The notes beneath the pieces are model-generated. The model had not been told where the DNA came from. It worked only from the letters and a program-made list of their open reading frames with translations, and did not search any database. Shown here piece by piece: positions 1-13,391 of a stretch of 64,000 nucleotides of DNA (its first letter is position 1; each line of letters starts with the position of its first letter). The position numbers and the translations under genes are program-made. Origin of the DNA: Octopus sinensis. Taxonomy: Eukaryota. The stretch is taken from the NCBI RefSeq assembly GCF_006345805.1, contig NW_021837026.1, positions 1-64,000 on the forward strand, given 5' to 3'.

Positions 1-619
1 GTGTATGATTGTGTTCAGTCAAGGTACTCCTTCGAGAGAAAGATTTACCACAGATGTTACAATGATATGGCTTCTCACCTGTATGAACACGTTTGTGATT
101 AGTTAGGGAGCTATTATGTGAAAATGATTCACCACAGATATCACAATGATATGGATTTTCCCCTGTATGAACGCGTTTATGATCAGACAAGTGGCTACTA
201 CGAGAGAATGATTTACCACAGATGTCACAATGATATGGTTTTTCTCCAGTATGTGTACGTTTGTGTCTAAACAAGTCATTACTTTGAGAGAATGATTGAC
301 CACAGATATTGCAATGATATGGCTTCTCACCTGTATGAGTACGCCTGTGCATAGTCACATGGCCACTTTCAGAAAATGATTCACCACAGATGTCACAATG
401 ATATGGTTTTTCTCCCGTATGTGTACGTACATGCCTAGTCAAAGAACTACTTTGAGAGAATGATTTACCACAGACATCACAGTGATGTGGTTTCTCACCT
501 GTATCAATGCATTTGTGTTTGGTCAAGACTGTTTCTTCAGTGAATAATTTACCACAGATATCACAGTGATGTTGCCTCTCACCTGAATCAGGTTTGTTTG
601 GTTTTCTTAAATCATTCAT
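1..619 (-). CDS. G1: C2H2 zinc-finger protein, 5' part (runs off window start)
   Basis: Hand translation from ATG at 619: [67 protein letters not shown]... One degenerate plus 6 intact fingers with no stop before position 1. It is absent from the ORF track because no stop lies in the window. An in-frame upstream ATG is at 640. Confidence 0.9.
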   Translation of the reverse strand, partial: MNDLRKPNKPDSGERQHHCDICGKLFTEETVLTKHKCIDTGEKPHHCDVCGKSFSQSSSLTRHVRTHTGEKPYHCDICGESFSESGHVTMHRRTHTGEKPYHCNICGQSFSQSNDLFRHKRTHTGEKPYHCDICGKSFSRSSHLSDHKRVHTGENPYHCDICGESFSHNSSLTNHKRVHTGEKPYHCNICGKSFSRRSTLTEHNHT

Positions 620-1361
620 TATAAGATAATAATTTCTCATACGTATCACAATGATAATGATTTTTTCATTTCTATGAATATATCTGTGTTCAGTATTTTC
701 AGAGAATAATTTAACACTATGTGTCTTTCGTGTGTGTTCTTGTTTAACATCTAAAATGGCAGATGTAGACTGTTAACACTTTCATAAAGTTATCCAAGCT
801 TAATTAACCAAGCAATCACCTTCACTACATTCGAAACAGTTCAGTTGTGTCAGTATTTTCAGAGAATAATTTAACACTATGTTCTTGCTTAACATCTAAA
901 ATGGCAGATGTAAACAGTTAAAACTTTTGTAAATTTATCCAAGCAATCACCTTTTTTACATTCCAAACAGTGAAGGCAACAAAAAAGTTGCTCTTAATTC
1001 CATCGTAGAAGAAATATTTTCTTATCGTTTGTCGTTGATGCGTTGATGAATGTGCCTTATGAATATATGGCCTTCCATTAATTGATGAAAGTCAATCAAA
1101 ATATCAGAGGCATGTTTAAATGAAGAGATTTCTTTAACGTCAACATGATGTGATATTCTGAAGTAGAAAAAAAGAAGCAGTGAGATAAAGAGAATGATTA
1201 AACAACATAGTAATTCAACATTGCAAATCTTACAACATCAACACTGTCATCCATTTAATGTCTATGTTTTCAGGGGTCAGATTCCATTGAGGCTTTGAAA
1301 CTTTCACAACATTCTGTATATAGATGAAGCGTTTCCACATTTCTCTAAATTCTTACCTGTT

Positions 1362-1541
1362 TTCTTTGGTATGAAACCACCTCAATTCTGGGAAGAGGGT
1401 ATTTTCAAGTTAAAGGAAAGATGGAGACGCATTGTGCAACAAAACGGTTCATATTTGGTTGATTAAAAATGTATTGGCAAGTATTTATTGACCTTTGTCT
1501 TTCCTTCAAAAGTCGGCACGAACTTTCCGGACAACCCAATA
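1362..1541 (+). mobile_element. Mariner transposon 3' remnant (transposase C-terminus plus TIR)
   Basis: 1362-1466 translates FFGMKPPQFWEEGIFKLKERWRRIVQQNGSYLVD*, a typical mariner C-terminus. It is followed by the TIR-like GGCACGAACTTTCCGGACAACCCAATA. Confidence 0.8.
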
Positions 1542-1802
1542 CATATGCAATAATACGTTATACTAGCAGAATCGTTCACATGCCGAACAAAATGCATAAC
1601 AGCATTTCGTCCGTCTACACTCTAAAAGTTCAAATCCCATCCAGGTAGAATTTGGCTTTCATCCTTTCGAGGTAAAAACAAACAAGAAACATTAGCGCAC
1701 ATTGTTCCATGGAAGCGACGTCCGATTCTTCCGCCAATTTTCTGAACTCGTGTCTAAAGTACAAAAAATTATTCTCATCAACACTATTATTATTATTATG
1801 AT

Positions 1803-2040
1803 AGGCTAAGGCGGCGAACTGGCAGAAACGTTAGCACGCCGGGCGAAATGCGTAGCCGTATTTCGTCTGCCGTTACGTTCTGGGTTCAAATTCCGCCGAG
1901 GTCGACTTTGCCTTTCATCCTTTCGTGGTCGATAAATTAGTACCAGTTACGCACTGGGATCGATGTAATTGACTTAATCCGTCAGTCTGTCCTTGTTTGT
2001 CCACTCTGTGTTTAGCCCCTTGTGGGTAGTAAAGAAATAT
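1803..2040 (+). mobile_element. tRNA-derived SINE (family B: AAGGCGGCGAGCTGGCAGAAACGTTAGC...)
   Basis: Multi-copy in the window, with a GGTTCAAATTCC B-box-like motif, and inserted in a (TAT)n run. Confidence 0.8.
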
Positions 2041-2069
2041 ATTATTATTATTATTATTATTATTATAGC

Positions 2070-2695
2070 GACCCCGAAACGAAGGAAACTCCTGACTGAA
2101 AATACGGCCGAGGTCGACTTTGCCTTTCATCCCTTTCGGCAAATACTGGGTTCCATATATTCGACTTCGTTCTCCCCTCAAACACTGCAGGCCTTGGCAA
2201 AATTTCTAACCTACATCATTACTATTAATATAACCTCTTAAACAACAGGACAACGTTAATTAATATGGTATTCTTCAATCGGTTTCACCTCATTTTACTA
2301 ATTAATCAATTAATTAAACTATTTTACTCTCGTATTACCAATTAATTTCCTTTATATCACATGTAATAGTTGATAATAGGTTTTCCTAAACAACAGATCA
2401 ACATTTCAGTTTGGAAGTTATTAATTAAGACGAGCAAATTATATTTTCTAATTGTTGTCAGGTTCCCGCTTCGAAAAATAATTACTGTAACATCATTATT
2501 ATTAGTAGTAGTAGTATTATCACCTTTACAGCCTTAAAGGAAATCTTTATCAACTTACCGTATTCACAATAAGGAACGAGTCAGTGAAGCAGTAATTAAG
2601 CACCTTAATTAAGAATTTAAAAGAAGCGAGATTGAAGTGTTGTAGAGGTTATTTCCCTTTACATGATTTTCTTTCTTCCAATAGATGGCTCCACT
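2070..2695. repeat. AT-rich 'X' module found in spacers upstream of genes (arm 1)
   Basis: Homologs at 2990-3352 (inverted), 16740-17776 plus 18850-18900, 29015-29710, 45900-46040 and 53310-54900. It ends in CCAATAGATGGCTC. Confidence 0.7.
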
Positions 2696-2749
2696 GATTT
2701 TTCTTTGTCCCTTTCTGTCAGGAGCCTCCCTTCAACTTTTTTCAAATTT

Positions 2750-2943
2750 TCACCTCAATAGACGTCATTGATTGGTTGAAATTGAAGAAAAAAACAGCAA
2801 ATATCTTAGAAACCATAGAATTTTCTCAATAAAGCCAAGAGAAAAATAATTTTTTCAAACACATTCTACCAGTATACGAAGTTTAAAAGTGTTTAGTTAC
2901 GTAGAAATTATTAAAAAAACTGCCGTTCAAACCGAAAAGATCC
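2750..2943. mobile_element. GGATC-TIR MITE, one-ended fragment
   Basis: Ends AAAACTGCCGTTCAAACCGAAAAGATCC, matching the family TIR. Confidence 0.75.
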
Positions 2944-2989
2944 CAAATTTCCTCCAATTATTTGAATCTAAACATTTTAATTCCTTTTT

Positions 2990-3352
2990 GTATGATTGTA
3001 TTTAAATTCTCCAGTAGAGCCATCTATTGGAGCATAGCAGAAATACAATCGTGTAAAGGGAAATAACAACACAACACCTCAACCTCGCTTCTTTTAAATT
3101 CTTAATTAAGGTGCTTAATTACTGATTCAGTGACTCGTTGCTTATTTGTGAATACGGTAAGTTGATAAAGATTTCCTTTAAGGCTGTAAAGGTGATACTA
3201 CTACTACTAATAATAATAATAATGATGTGAATAATAGAATTCTGTGAACTTCTCGATGTTACAGTAATTATTTTTCGAAGAGGGAACCTGACAACAATTA
3301 AGAAAATATATTTACTCGTCTTAATTAATAACTTCCAAACTGAAATGATGAT
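2990..3352. repeat. X module arm 2, inverted copy of about 2400-2695
   Basis: Reverse-complement match, e.g. GTAATTAAGCACCTTAATTAAG versus CTTAATTAAGGTGCTTAATTAC. Confidence 0.75.
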
Positions 3353-3374
3353 TACATACTTTTTTGTTACCAAA

Positions 3375-3700
3375 ATCTTTTCGGGGACTGTGGGATATCG
3401 TAGAATTTCGGGTAAGCTTTGATACTTTCACCTGAACGATCTTCTTTAACGTAAAAAAATAATCGGGTCAAAATAAAGCGTTTGACCCGATTATAAAAAC
3501 AAAAAGAAAATAGGTGTAAAACAACTTGCCTTAAACGAATATGACAAAAAAATGCGCGAAATGGGACTCGGGGGGGGAAAGGCCTCGGAAAATTCACATC
3601 GTGAGTTTCCGAAAGCGTCTGACCCGGGCACAAAAACAAAGAAAAAGAGAAGATAGTGTCTAAACCACAACATGAAAAGATCAATGTAGTCCCAAGTACC
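3375..3700. mobile_element. Fragment related to the foldback TIR subrepeats at 13.5-15.6 kb and 43.5-45.4 kb
   Basis: Shares AATAGGTGTAAAACAACT...GAATATGACAAAAAAATGCGCG...GGCCTCGGAAAATTCACATC. Confidence 0.6.
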
Positions 3701-4034
3701 CTGACTTCGTAATGTACCGCGAACCCCTTCTTTTTATTAGGAAAATGGGGCGAGAAACCCCTATCCCGGTATCGTTGGAATTATTTTTATTCTCGTTTAA
3801 TGATTTATGGTGACCACCTTATGTGCCACGAAACACTTTTGGGGGTGTCGAGAAAACGGGGTATGGTGTGGGTGGAACCAACGGAAATTTCACCCTCCAA
3901 CCATTTTTCATATATTTTAAAGCTTTCAATGCCTCAATGAACCCCGACCCCTGCAGATATTGACATTAAATGGATGACAGTGTTGATGTTGTAAGATTTG
4001 CAATGTTGAATTACTATGTCGTTTAACGATTCTC

Positions 4035-4064
4035 TTTATCTCACTGCTTCTTTTTCTATTTCAG
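4035..4064 (+). promoter_or_regulatory. Conserved 3' splice acceptor upstream of G2 (representative of all paralogs)
   Basis: TCTCTTTATCTCACTGCTTCTTTTTCTATTTCAG|AATATC. Equivalent AG sites: 1158 (G1), 11187 (G3), 20118 (G4), 28820 (G5), 31036 (G6), 41671 and 42073 (G7), 48562 (G8), 56424 (G9), each roughly 390-540 bp before the conserved ATG (the distal G7 copy about 830 bp). Splicing itself is inferred. Confidence 0.65.
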
Positions 4065-4468
4065 AATATCACATCATGTTGACGTTAAAGAAATCTCTCC
4101 ATTCAGATGTGCCTCTGATATTTCTATTGACTTTCATCAATAAAGAAGACCATATATTCATAAGGCACATTCATTAATGCATCAACGACAAACGATAAGA
4201 AAATATTTCTTCTACGATGGAATTGATAGCAACATTCACTTGTCTTCGCTGTTTGGAATGTAGAGAAGGTGATTGCTTGGTTAATTAAGCTTGGATAAAT
4301 TTACAAAAGTTTTAACTGTTTACATCTACCGTTTTAGATATTAAGCAAGAACACACACGAAAGACACATAGTGTTAAATTATTCTCTGAAAATACTGAAC
4401 ACAGATATATTCATAGAAATGAAAAAATCATTATCATTGTGATACATATGAGAAATTAGTATCTTATA

Positions 4469-5692
<1,224 letters not shown>

Positions 5693-5927
5693 CCGTATGA
5701 ATATCAAAATTATTACAACATACCAATTAATGAATATTTTGTCTGCTAAAAGACAGGGTTTATTCCTCTTCAAGCTTGACATTATCAACTTCAGTTTCTT
5801 GGATGTCAACATGAAATTCATGAATCACAACTTCAATATCATTTATATATCTAAATATATCAACACAGAGATGACTTTGGTTTCTGGAGAGGATTGTGCT
5901 GGATTTTTGAGGAATTTGTTATGTGAG

Positions 5928-5954
5928 AATAAAGGAATGGGAATAAGGAATAAA
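5928..5954 (+). terminator. Paired AATAAA polyadenylation signals (conserved 3' flank)
   Basis: GAGAATAAAGGAATGGGAATAAGGAATAAAAG about 240 bp after the stop. The same motif is at 22045-22071 (G4), 32675-32701 (G6) and 51103-51129 (G8), and inverted behind G3, G5 and G7. Confidence 0.6.
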
Positions 5955-6135
5955 AGTTTTGACTGACATTGATTTTGTCTTTGTTGTGTTTTCATCATCA
6001 TCCTCTAACATCCATTTTTAGCATCCGTTTTCTATGCAGGCTTTGATGGGAAAGTGTGATATGAGCTGGCAAGCCAGAGTGCTGCTCCACGTTCCTGTCA
6101 GATTGGGCTTGGTTTCTTTGGCTCTATGCCTTTAA

Positions 6136-6357
6136 CCCTTTCAATACCAACCAAGCTGAAACCTGCTCTGGCTCTGTTGTACAAGTGTCTTGTTATCATA
6201 AATTTTGAATTAAAATCTTCCACGAAACCTCAGTCACAATTTATGTTCCTAACACTAGCTTAACAATAATGAAGTTATTTTACTAAATTCTTTGTTATAT
6301 TTAAAATTAATTGAAAGAAACACAGAGCATCTCAACAGAAATATGGTAATGAAAGGG
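6136..6357. mobile_element. piggyBac-like MITE
   Basis: TTAA on both sides; TIR CCCTTTCAATACCA / TGGTAATGAAAGGG. Confidence 0.8.
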
Positions 6358-6999
6358 TTAAGATACATGGCGCATTTTATAAATATTCCTGTTCAAGAAT
6401 CATAACAGTATCAAACATGTAGTAGCGCTTTCAGTTGTGTATTTAATTTGATATATGTATTTGTGTGAACATGATATCAGTCTGACAACTAAAATAATAG
6501 AAATCTTGTATTTTGAGTATTTTTTTCATATGAGTCAGAAGCATGGACTCCCTTCTACGAAGAAATAGAAAAACTAAAATTTTTTCGCATGTGGTGTTTG
6601 CACCACAACATATGCAGCAAAATGGCAAGATAAGACATTAAATGTAAAATCTTAGTAATATGGACTCATTTGCTTACAGCCAATAATATCTCACCATGAC
6701 CTTGTTGTCAAGTTAACGAACATACTCTACCAAATAAACTCAAGATGAAGAAAGGTGTTGTAAGTCGACTGATCACCAAGTTATGCCACATTTTAAAAGG
6801 CGACAAGTAATTAGATTTGCATCTATACCTGTTATCAGGGAAGTTAAGTTAATTTTTTGGCTCAAAAAGCGAAAAGCAGGGCCATGTAGGGGGACATGGA
6901 GTTATGTACAGGGAGGGTGATCATGCCATTTGTGGTCAACGGAGACTTTGAAACTAGCAGTCGTTGGCAGCTTATTCCACTGATCCGTAACCCGGACGG

Positions 7000-7250
7000 A
7001 GAAAGCCCCTCTCCTTCAATTGAGATGAAATCATCGCAGATAGAGCTTTTCGGAGTGATCCCGCAGCCGACGCTCTGGAGCAGGAGTGCAAAACAGCTCT
7101 TTTGAGAGTTTACACTTTCTGCTTATGATGTTGTGAGCAAGAATGAGATCACCACGGCGTCGTCGTTTTTCTAGAGAATAAAGGTCGAGCGTCTTCATCC
7201 TTTCTTCATAAGACATGCTTGAGACCAAGAACCATGCGGGTAGCCAGCTT
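7000..7250 (-). mobile_element. CR1-clade LINE ORF2 C-terminal fragment
   Basis: SYEERMKTLDLYSLEKRRRRGDLILAHNII in ORF 7031-7297. Confidence 0.75.
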
Positions 7251-7542
7251 CTGGACTCTTTCGAGATGATGGTGGGTAGAGGGTGATGTGCTAGCAACCC
7301 TCTGTTTTACAAAATAAACAACAACACAAATAACTACGCAGAGGCAGCCATGGTTGGAACAAGAACAGGCATTATTAAAAGAGAAATAGAAGCATGGTCA
7401 TTCCTTACTCAAGTGATTGTATCTTATCGCTCATCACTTGTTATGTGCTTAGGAGAATATTAGATTTATAAAACCTAAAATTCACTCATATAAATCTAAT
7501 ATTCTCCTATCCTTCCTTAATACCTATTTCTTTACTACCCAC

Positions 7543-7733
7543 AAGAGGCTAAACACAGAGAGGACAAACAAACAGATTAAGTCGATTATATAGACTGGTA
7601 CTTAATTTATCGACTCCGAAAGGATGAAAGGCAAAGTCGACCTCGGCGGAATTTGAACTCAGAGCCTAACAGCAGACGAAATACTGCCAAGCATTTCGCC
7701 CGGCGTGCTAACGCTTCCGCCAGCTCACCACCT
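7543..7733 (-). mobile_element. SINE family B
   Basis: Reverse complement of the 1803-2040 element. Confidence 0.75.
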
Positions 7734-7734
7734 T

Positions 7735-8150
7735 GATCCTTCCTTAATACCAGTTCCCATATGCTGCTCATATCTGCACTCGGTCTGCTTAGGAGGTTGT
7801 TGTGTCCTAGAATATGTGTTGCTTCTTTTAGTTTTCTTCTATTCCAGTGGTGTTCTCTGTCTACTATTTTAACTTCATCCCACAGTGGGAGGAGGTCGCC
7901 ATATTTCCATACATAATCAGTTATACCCAATTTATCAATATCTCCCTGTGTCACAGCTTTGCGATGTTCCTCTACCCTTATTTTGAGGGGACGGCATTTT
8001 TGGCTTTTGTATACCCTACCACAGCTGCATGGGATGGAATACATGCAGTTTTTGGCCATATTTTCTTCTGTTGGTAGTTTTACTTGAAGGAGATATTTGC
8101 GAAGTGTTCTGTTACTCTTGAATACTGTCCTGATGTCATGGAATAGCTGT
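7735..8150 (-). mobile_element. Penelope-like element, GIY-YIG endonuclease fragment
   Basis: CMYSIPCSCGRVYKSQKCRPLKIRVEEH...WDEVKIVDREHHWNRRKLKEATHI in ORF 7607-8203. Confidence 0.8.
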
Positions 8151-8155
8151 AAACA

Positions 8156-8511
8156 TACTCTTTTACTTGTTTCAGTCATTTGACTGCGGCCATGCTGGAG
8201 CACCGCATTTAGTCAAGCAAACAGACCCCAGGACTTATTCTTTTTAAGCCTAGTACTTATTCTATCGGTCTCTTTTGCCGAACCGCCAAGTTACGGGGAC
8301 GTAAACACACCAGCATCGGTTGTCAAGCGATGTTGGGGGGACAAACACACACACACACACATATATATATACCAAATCCACTCACAAGGCTTTGGCCGGC
8401 CCGAGGCTATAGTAGAAGACACATGCCCAAGGTGCCATGCAGTGGGACTGAACCTAGAACCATGTGGTTGGTAAGCAAGCTACTTACCACACAGCCACTC
8501 CTGCGCCTATA
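8156..8511 (-). mobile_element. tRNA-derived SINE family A (GGAGTGGCTGTGTGGTAAG...GACTGAAACAAGTAAAAGAGTA)
   Basis: Multi-copy; tRNA-like head and internal (TA/TG)n tract. Confidence 0.85.
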
Positions 8512-8871
8512 TATATATATCGAATGAAATCCACAACGGAAAGAGCTACTATTCATTTCATACTACAACAATACTTGAACAGGCATATTTATAAAATGCG
8601 CCATGTATGTTAAGGCATACAGCAAAAGAATCCAAGCCAAGTCTGACTGGAACACAGAGCAGCACTTATGTCACACTGTCCTACCCTTACTTGCGAAGAA
8701 AGTGGATGATGATGATGAAGAAAACACAACAAAGACAAAATCAGTGTCACTTAAAAATTTTATTCCTTATTCCCATTCCTTTATTCTCTCATAACAAATT
8801 CCTCAAAAATTCCATACAATCATCTTCAGAAATCAAAGTCATTGCTGTGTTGATATATACATTATATTGAA

Positions 8872-9322
8872 GAAGGCAGCGAGCTGGCAGAAACGTTAGC
8901 ACACCGGGCGAAATGTGTGGCCGTATTTCCTCTGTCGTTACATTCTGAGTTCAAATTCTGCCGAGGTCGACTTTGCCTTTCATCAGTTCAGGGTTGATAA
9001 ATTAAGTACCTATTTCTTTGCTACCCAAACGGAGCTAAACACCGAGAGGACAAACGGATTAAGTCGATTATATCGACCCCAATGCAAAACTGGTCCATAA
9101 TTCATCAACCCCGAAAGGATGAAAGGCAAAGTCGACCTCGGCGGAATTTGAACTCAGAACGTAACGGCAGACAAAATACGGCCATACATTTTGCCCGGCA
9201 TGCTAACGTTTCTGCCAACTTGCCACATTATATTAAGTACCAGTTACGCGCTGGGATCGATGTAATCGACTTAATCCGTTTGTCCCCTCTATGTTTAGCC
9301 CCTTGTGGGTAGTAAAGAAACA
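8872..9322. mobile_element. Rearranged SINE family B cluster (forward, reverse and forward pieces)
   Basis: GAGCTGGCAGAAACGTTAGC head, an inverted internal copy, then the 3' half. Confidence 0.65.
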
Positions 9323-9480
9323 CATATAATATATTGAAGTCGTTATTCATAAATTTCATATTGACAGTGATGGAATTGAAGTTGATAACATCAAGCTTAA
9401 CGAGGAAAGAACCCTGTCTTTTAGCAAATAAAATATTCATAATTGTTGTCCCGTTCTAATTGATTTCCATTTTCATAATG

Positions 9481-10785
9481 TTACACTTGTGTATGAATAC
9501 TCACATGTGTATTTAAGTGTCCATTTTGAGAGAAACATTTACCACAGACATCACACTGATATGGTTTCTCTCCTGTATGAATACGTTTGTGACAAGTTAA
9601 GTCACTACTGTGAGAGAATGATTTACCACAGATATCACAATGATATGGTTTCTCTCCTGTATGAATACGTTTGTGATAAGTAAAAGTGCTACTGTTAGAA
9701 AATGATTTACCACAGATGTCACAGTGATATGGTTTTTCCCCAGTATGAATACGTCTGTGATTAGTCAAGTTACTATTCTGAGAGAATGATTTACCACAGA
9801 TATCACACTGATATCCTTTCTCTCCTGTATGTGTAAGTTTGTGTGTAGCCAACCCACCACTTTGAGAGAATGATTTGCCACAGATATTACAATGATATAC
9901 TTTCTCTCCTGTATGTGTAAGTTTGTGTTTAGTCAAGTAACCACTTTGAGAGAAACATTTACCACAAATATCACAATGATATGGCTTCTCTCCTGTATGA
10001 ACACGTTTGTGTTTAGTCAAGTCACTCTTTCCAGAGAAGGATTTACCACAAATATCACAATGATATGGCTTCTCACCTGTATGAACACGTTTGTGAATAA
10101 TCAACTGACTATTATAAGAGTATGATTCACCACAGATGTCACAATGATATGGCTTCTCTCCTGTATGAATGTGTTTGTGACGAGTTAAATCGCCTTTTTG
10201 AGAGAATGATTTATCACAAATATCACAATGATATGGTTTTTCCCCAGTATGAATACGTTTGTGACTAGTCAACTTACTAGCCGACAAAGATATGCCACAG
10301 ATATCACAATGATATGGCTTTCCTCCTGTATGAATACGTTTGTGACAAGTAAAAGTGGTACTGTTAGAAAATGATTTACCACAGATGTCACAGTGATATG
10401 GTTTTTCCCCAGTATGAGTATATTTGTGACTAGTTAAAGAGCTATTATCAGAGAATGATTTACCACAGATATCACACCGATATGGTTTTTCCCCACTATG
10501 AGTAAGTTTGTGTCTAGTCAAATTATTATTTTCAGCGAATGATTTACCACAGATGTTACAATGATATGGCTTCTCACCTATATGAATACGTTTGTGGTGA
10601 GTTATACCATAGACGTCACACAGATATGGTTTTTCCCTAGTATGGATACGTTTATGACTAGTCAAATCATTTTCAGAAAATGATTTACCATGGATATAAG
10701 AGTGATATGGCCTCTCTCCTGCATCAGGGTTGTTTGTTTCAGTTAAATGATTCATTATGAGAGGACAGTTTGTCATAAATATCAC
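9481..10785 (-). CDS. G3: C2H2 zinc-finger protein, 13 fingers plus 2 degenerate
   Basis: Open 434-codon frame. The ORF-track start is GTG; the first ATG is at 10776 and the conserved ATG (MNHLT) at 10755. Ends IHTQV*. Confidence 0.92.
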   Translation of the reverse strand: MIFMTNCPLIMNHLTETNNPDAGERPYHSYIHGKSFSENDLTSHKRIHTREKPYLCDVYGITHHKRIHIGEKPYHCNICGKSFAENNNLTRHKLTHSGEKPYRCDICGKSFSDNSSLTSHKYTHTGEKPYHCDICGKSFSNSTTFTCHKRIHTGGKPYHCDICGISLSASKLTSHKRIHTGEKPYHCDICDKSFSQKGDLTRHKHIHTGEKPYHCDICGESYSYNSQLIIHKRVHTGEKPYHCDICGKSFSGKSDLTKHKRVHTGEKPYHCDICGKCFSQSGYLTKHKLTHTGEKVYHCNICGKSFSQSGGLATHKLTHTGEKGYQCDICGKSFSQNSNLTNHRRIHTGEKPYHCDICGKSFSNSSTFTYHKRIHTGEKPYHCDICGKSFSHSSDLTCHKRIHTGEKPYQCDVCGKCFSQNGHLNTHVSIHTQV

Positions 10786-11810
10786 AATGATAGTGTCTAT
10801 TTCATTTCTATGAGAATGTTTGTGTTCAGTTGTGTCACAATTATCAAAGAATAATCTAATGCTGTGTTTCTTTCATCGGTGATTTTACTTAAAATCTAAA
10901 ACAGAAAATGTAAACTGTTAACTCTTTCATAAAGTTATCCGACCATAACCTTTAAAGGAATCATCTCCTCTACATTCCAGATAACGAAGACCAGTAAATG
11001 TTGCTGTTAATTACATTGTCCAGAAGAAATTTTTTCCCATCATTTGTTGAAGATTTCATTTATACAAAGAACTTGATGTATTGATGAATGTGCCTTATGA
11101 ATATATGGTCTTCCTTTAATTGATGAAAGTCAATCAAAATATCAAAGGTACATCTGAATGAAGAAACGTCAACATGAAGTGATATTCTGAAATAGAAAAA
11201 GAAGCAGTGAGATAAAGAGAATCATTAAATGACATAGTAATTCAACATTGCAAATCTTACAACATCAACACTGTCATCCATTTAATATCTACGTTTGCAT
11301 GGGTCAGAATCCATTGAGGCATTGAAACTTTTACAACATTCTGTATATAGATGAATCGCTTCCACATTTCTCTAATTATTTATCTGTTTTCTTTCTCTTC
11401 TCTCCTTTCACTTGTTTCACCTGTGAAGTGGCATGGCTTAGTGGTTAGGGTATTTCACTCACAATTATAAAGTTGTGAGTTTGATACACAGTGGTGCAAT
11501 GAGTCTCCAAGCCATTTTATTTCACTTTGCATCAGTCCACTCAGGTGTCAAAAATGAGTTTCACCTGTAATTCAAAGGGCCAGTCTTCTCACCATCTGTG
11601 TCATGCTGTGCCTCCCTGAAGACTATATCAAGGGTCCCCATGTCTGTGGAATACTCAGCCATTTGCATGTTAATTCCATGAGCAGGCTTTTCAGTTGATC
11701 GAATAAACTAAAACAAAGTGTCAGTTACTGTTTCACCAAGTAGACCGTGGCCATGCTGGAGTACTTCTTTGAATGGATCGGTCAAATGTATCAACTCCAG
11801 TATTTTTTTT

Positions 11811-12165
11811 CTTTTACTTGTTTCAGTCATTTGACTGCGGCCATGCTGGAGCACCGCCTTTAATCGAGCAACTCGACCCCGGGACTTATTCTATTGGCCT
11901 CTTTTGCTGAACCGCTAAGTAACGGGGACATAAACACACCAGCATCGGTTGTCAAGCAATGCTAGGGGGACAAACACAAACACACATACATATAAATATA
12001 TATATACGACAGGCTTCTTTCAGTTTCCTTCTACCAAATCCACTCACAAGGCATTGGTCGGCCCGAGGCTATAGCAGAAGACACTTGCCCAAAGTGCCAC
12101 GCAGTGGGACTGAACCCGGAACCATGTGGTTGGTAAACAAGCTACTTACCACACAGCTACTCCTA
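11811..12165 (-). mobile_element. SINE family A
   Basis: Near full-length match to 8156-8511. Confidence 0.85.
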
Positions 12166-12509
12166 TTCCACCAGTCACATTTGCCCAATCACTTAGTCAC
12201 AAGGATATAAGCAAACTAACGCTCATAGTCAAATGCTTTATGGCTGCAAAGGGGGTCAAACACAGAGACAGATACACACATACACATAATCCCGTAAATG
12301 ATACACTTTCCATGTAGCAAATCCCCTCACAATGCTTTAGTTGGCCCAGGGTTATATTAGAAGACATTTGGTCCAGATACCACATAATAGGGATGAACAC
12401 AAGACCACTTGCTTCAAAAGCAGAAGAGGACCATCATCATTGTCATCGTTTTAACATCTACTTTTCCATGCTTTAATGGAATAATAGATGGAATATATTG
12501 AGGCAGATA

Positions 12510-12885
12510 TTGGGACATAAACACACCAGCATCGGTTGTCAAGCAATGCTAGGGAGACAAACACAGACACACACACATACATCTATGTATATATACGACG
12601 GGCTTCTTTCAGTTTCCATCTACCAAATCCACTCACAAGCTTTGGTCGACCCGAAGCTATAGTAGAAGACACTTGCCCAAGTATATATGTGCTGATGCCA
12701 TGTAAAAAGCACCCACTCCACTCTGTAAAGCGGTTGGCATTAGGAAGGGTTCCCAGCTGTAGAAACCCTGCCAAAGCAGACAGTCATGCTTGATAAAGTC
12801 CTCTGTCTTACCAGCTTCTTTCAACCGATCAAACACACGCTAGCATGGAAGATAACATTAAATGATGATGATGATATATGCAAAA
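12510..12885 (-). mobile_element. Partial SINE A joined to a degenerate SINE D piece
   Basis: GGGACATAAACACACCAGCATCGG... followed by ...CCAGCTGTAGAAAC...TAAATGATGATGATG. Confidence 0.55.
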
Positions 12886-12987
12886 CAGTTAACAAGAACC
12901 CCTGCTGAGATGGAGTGATGGTCACAAATTGTATTTGGTACTTGCATATCTATGGTATCCTAAAAGCACTTGAATCCTACAAAGTTG

Positions 12988-13391
12988 GGATCTTTTCGGT
13001 TTGACCGGCAGTTTTTTAAAATAATTTCCACGTAACTAAACACTTTTAAACTTCGTGTACTGGTAGAATGTGTTTATAAAACATCTTTTTGTCTTGGCTT
13101 TATTGAGAAAATTCTATGGTTTCTAAGATATTTGTTGTTGTTTTCTTCAATTTCTGCAATTTCAACCAATCACTGACGTCTATTGAGGGGAAAACATTCT
13201 GTGCCGTATGAATATGTCCCTCGTTTAAGAAACAGATTGGGTTTATTTACATTTGTGAAGAAAAAAAGATACCCTTTCCCCCACCCCTAAAACAGATTGA
13301 AATGCAATAGATCGATACTAGGGTCATAATTATGGGTGACAATTTCATATGACACCGCTAGAAAAAACTGCTGTTTAAACCAAAAAGATGC
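12988..13391. mobile_element. GGATC-TIR MITE with 8-bp TSD (Merlin-like)
   Basis: TIR GGATCTTTTCGGTTTGACCGGCAG; TSD CAAAGTTG at 12980-12987 and 13392-13399. Confidence 0.85.

Noticed and set aside
4226-4340. Conserved upstream ATG (ACGATGGAATT) with Cys-rich reading MELIATFTCLRCLECREGDCL and a possible 58-nt mini-intron
   Set aside because: The peptide is not conserved (immediate stops or frameshifts in G4, G6 and G8), and the splice would be out of frame with the fingers in G2. It may still act as a uORF.
9489-10125. Short antisense or off-frame ORFs over finger arrays (also 103-330, 21019-21501, 40242-41018, 49942-50579)
   Set aside because: They are shadows of the 84-bp finger repeat ([10 protein letters not shown]..., [10 protein letters not shown]...), with no independent evidence of coding.
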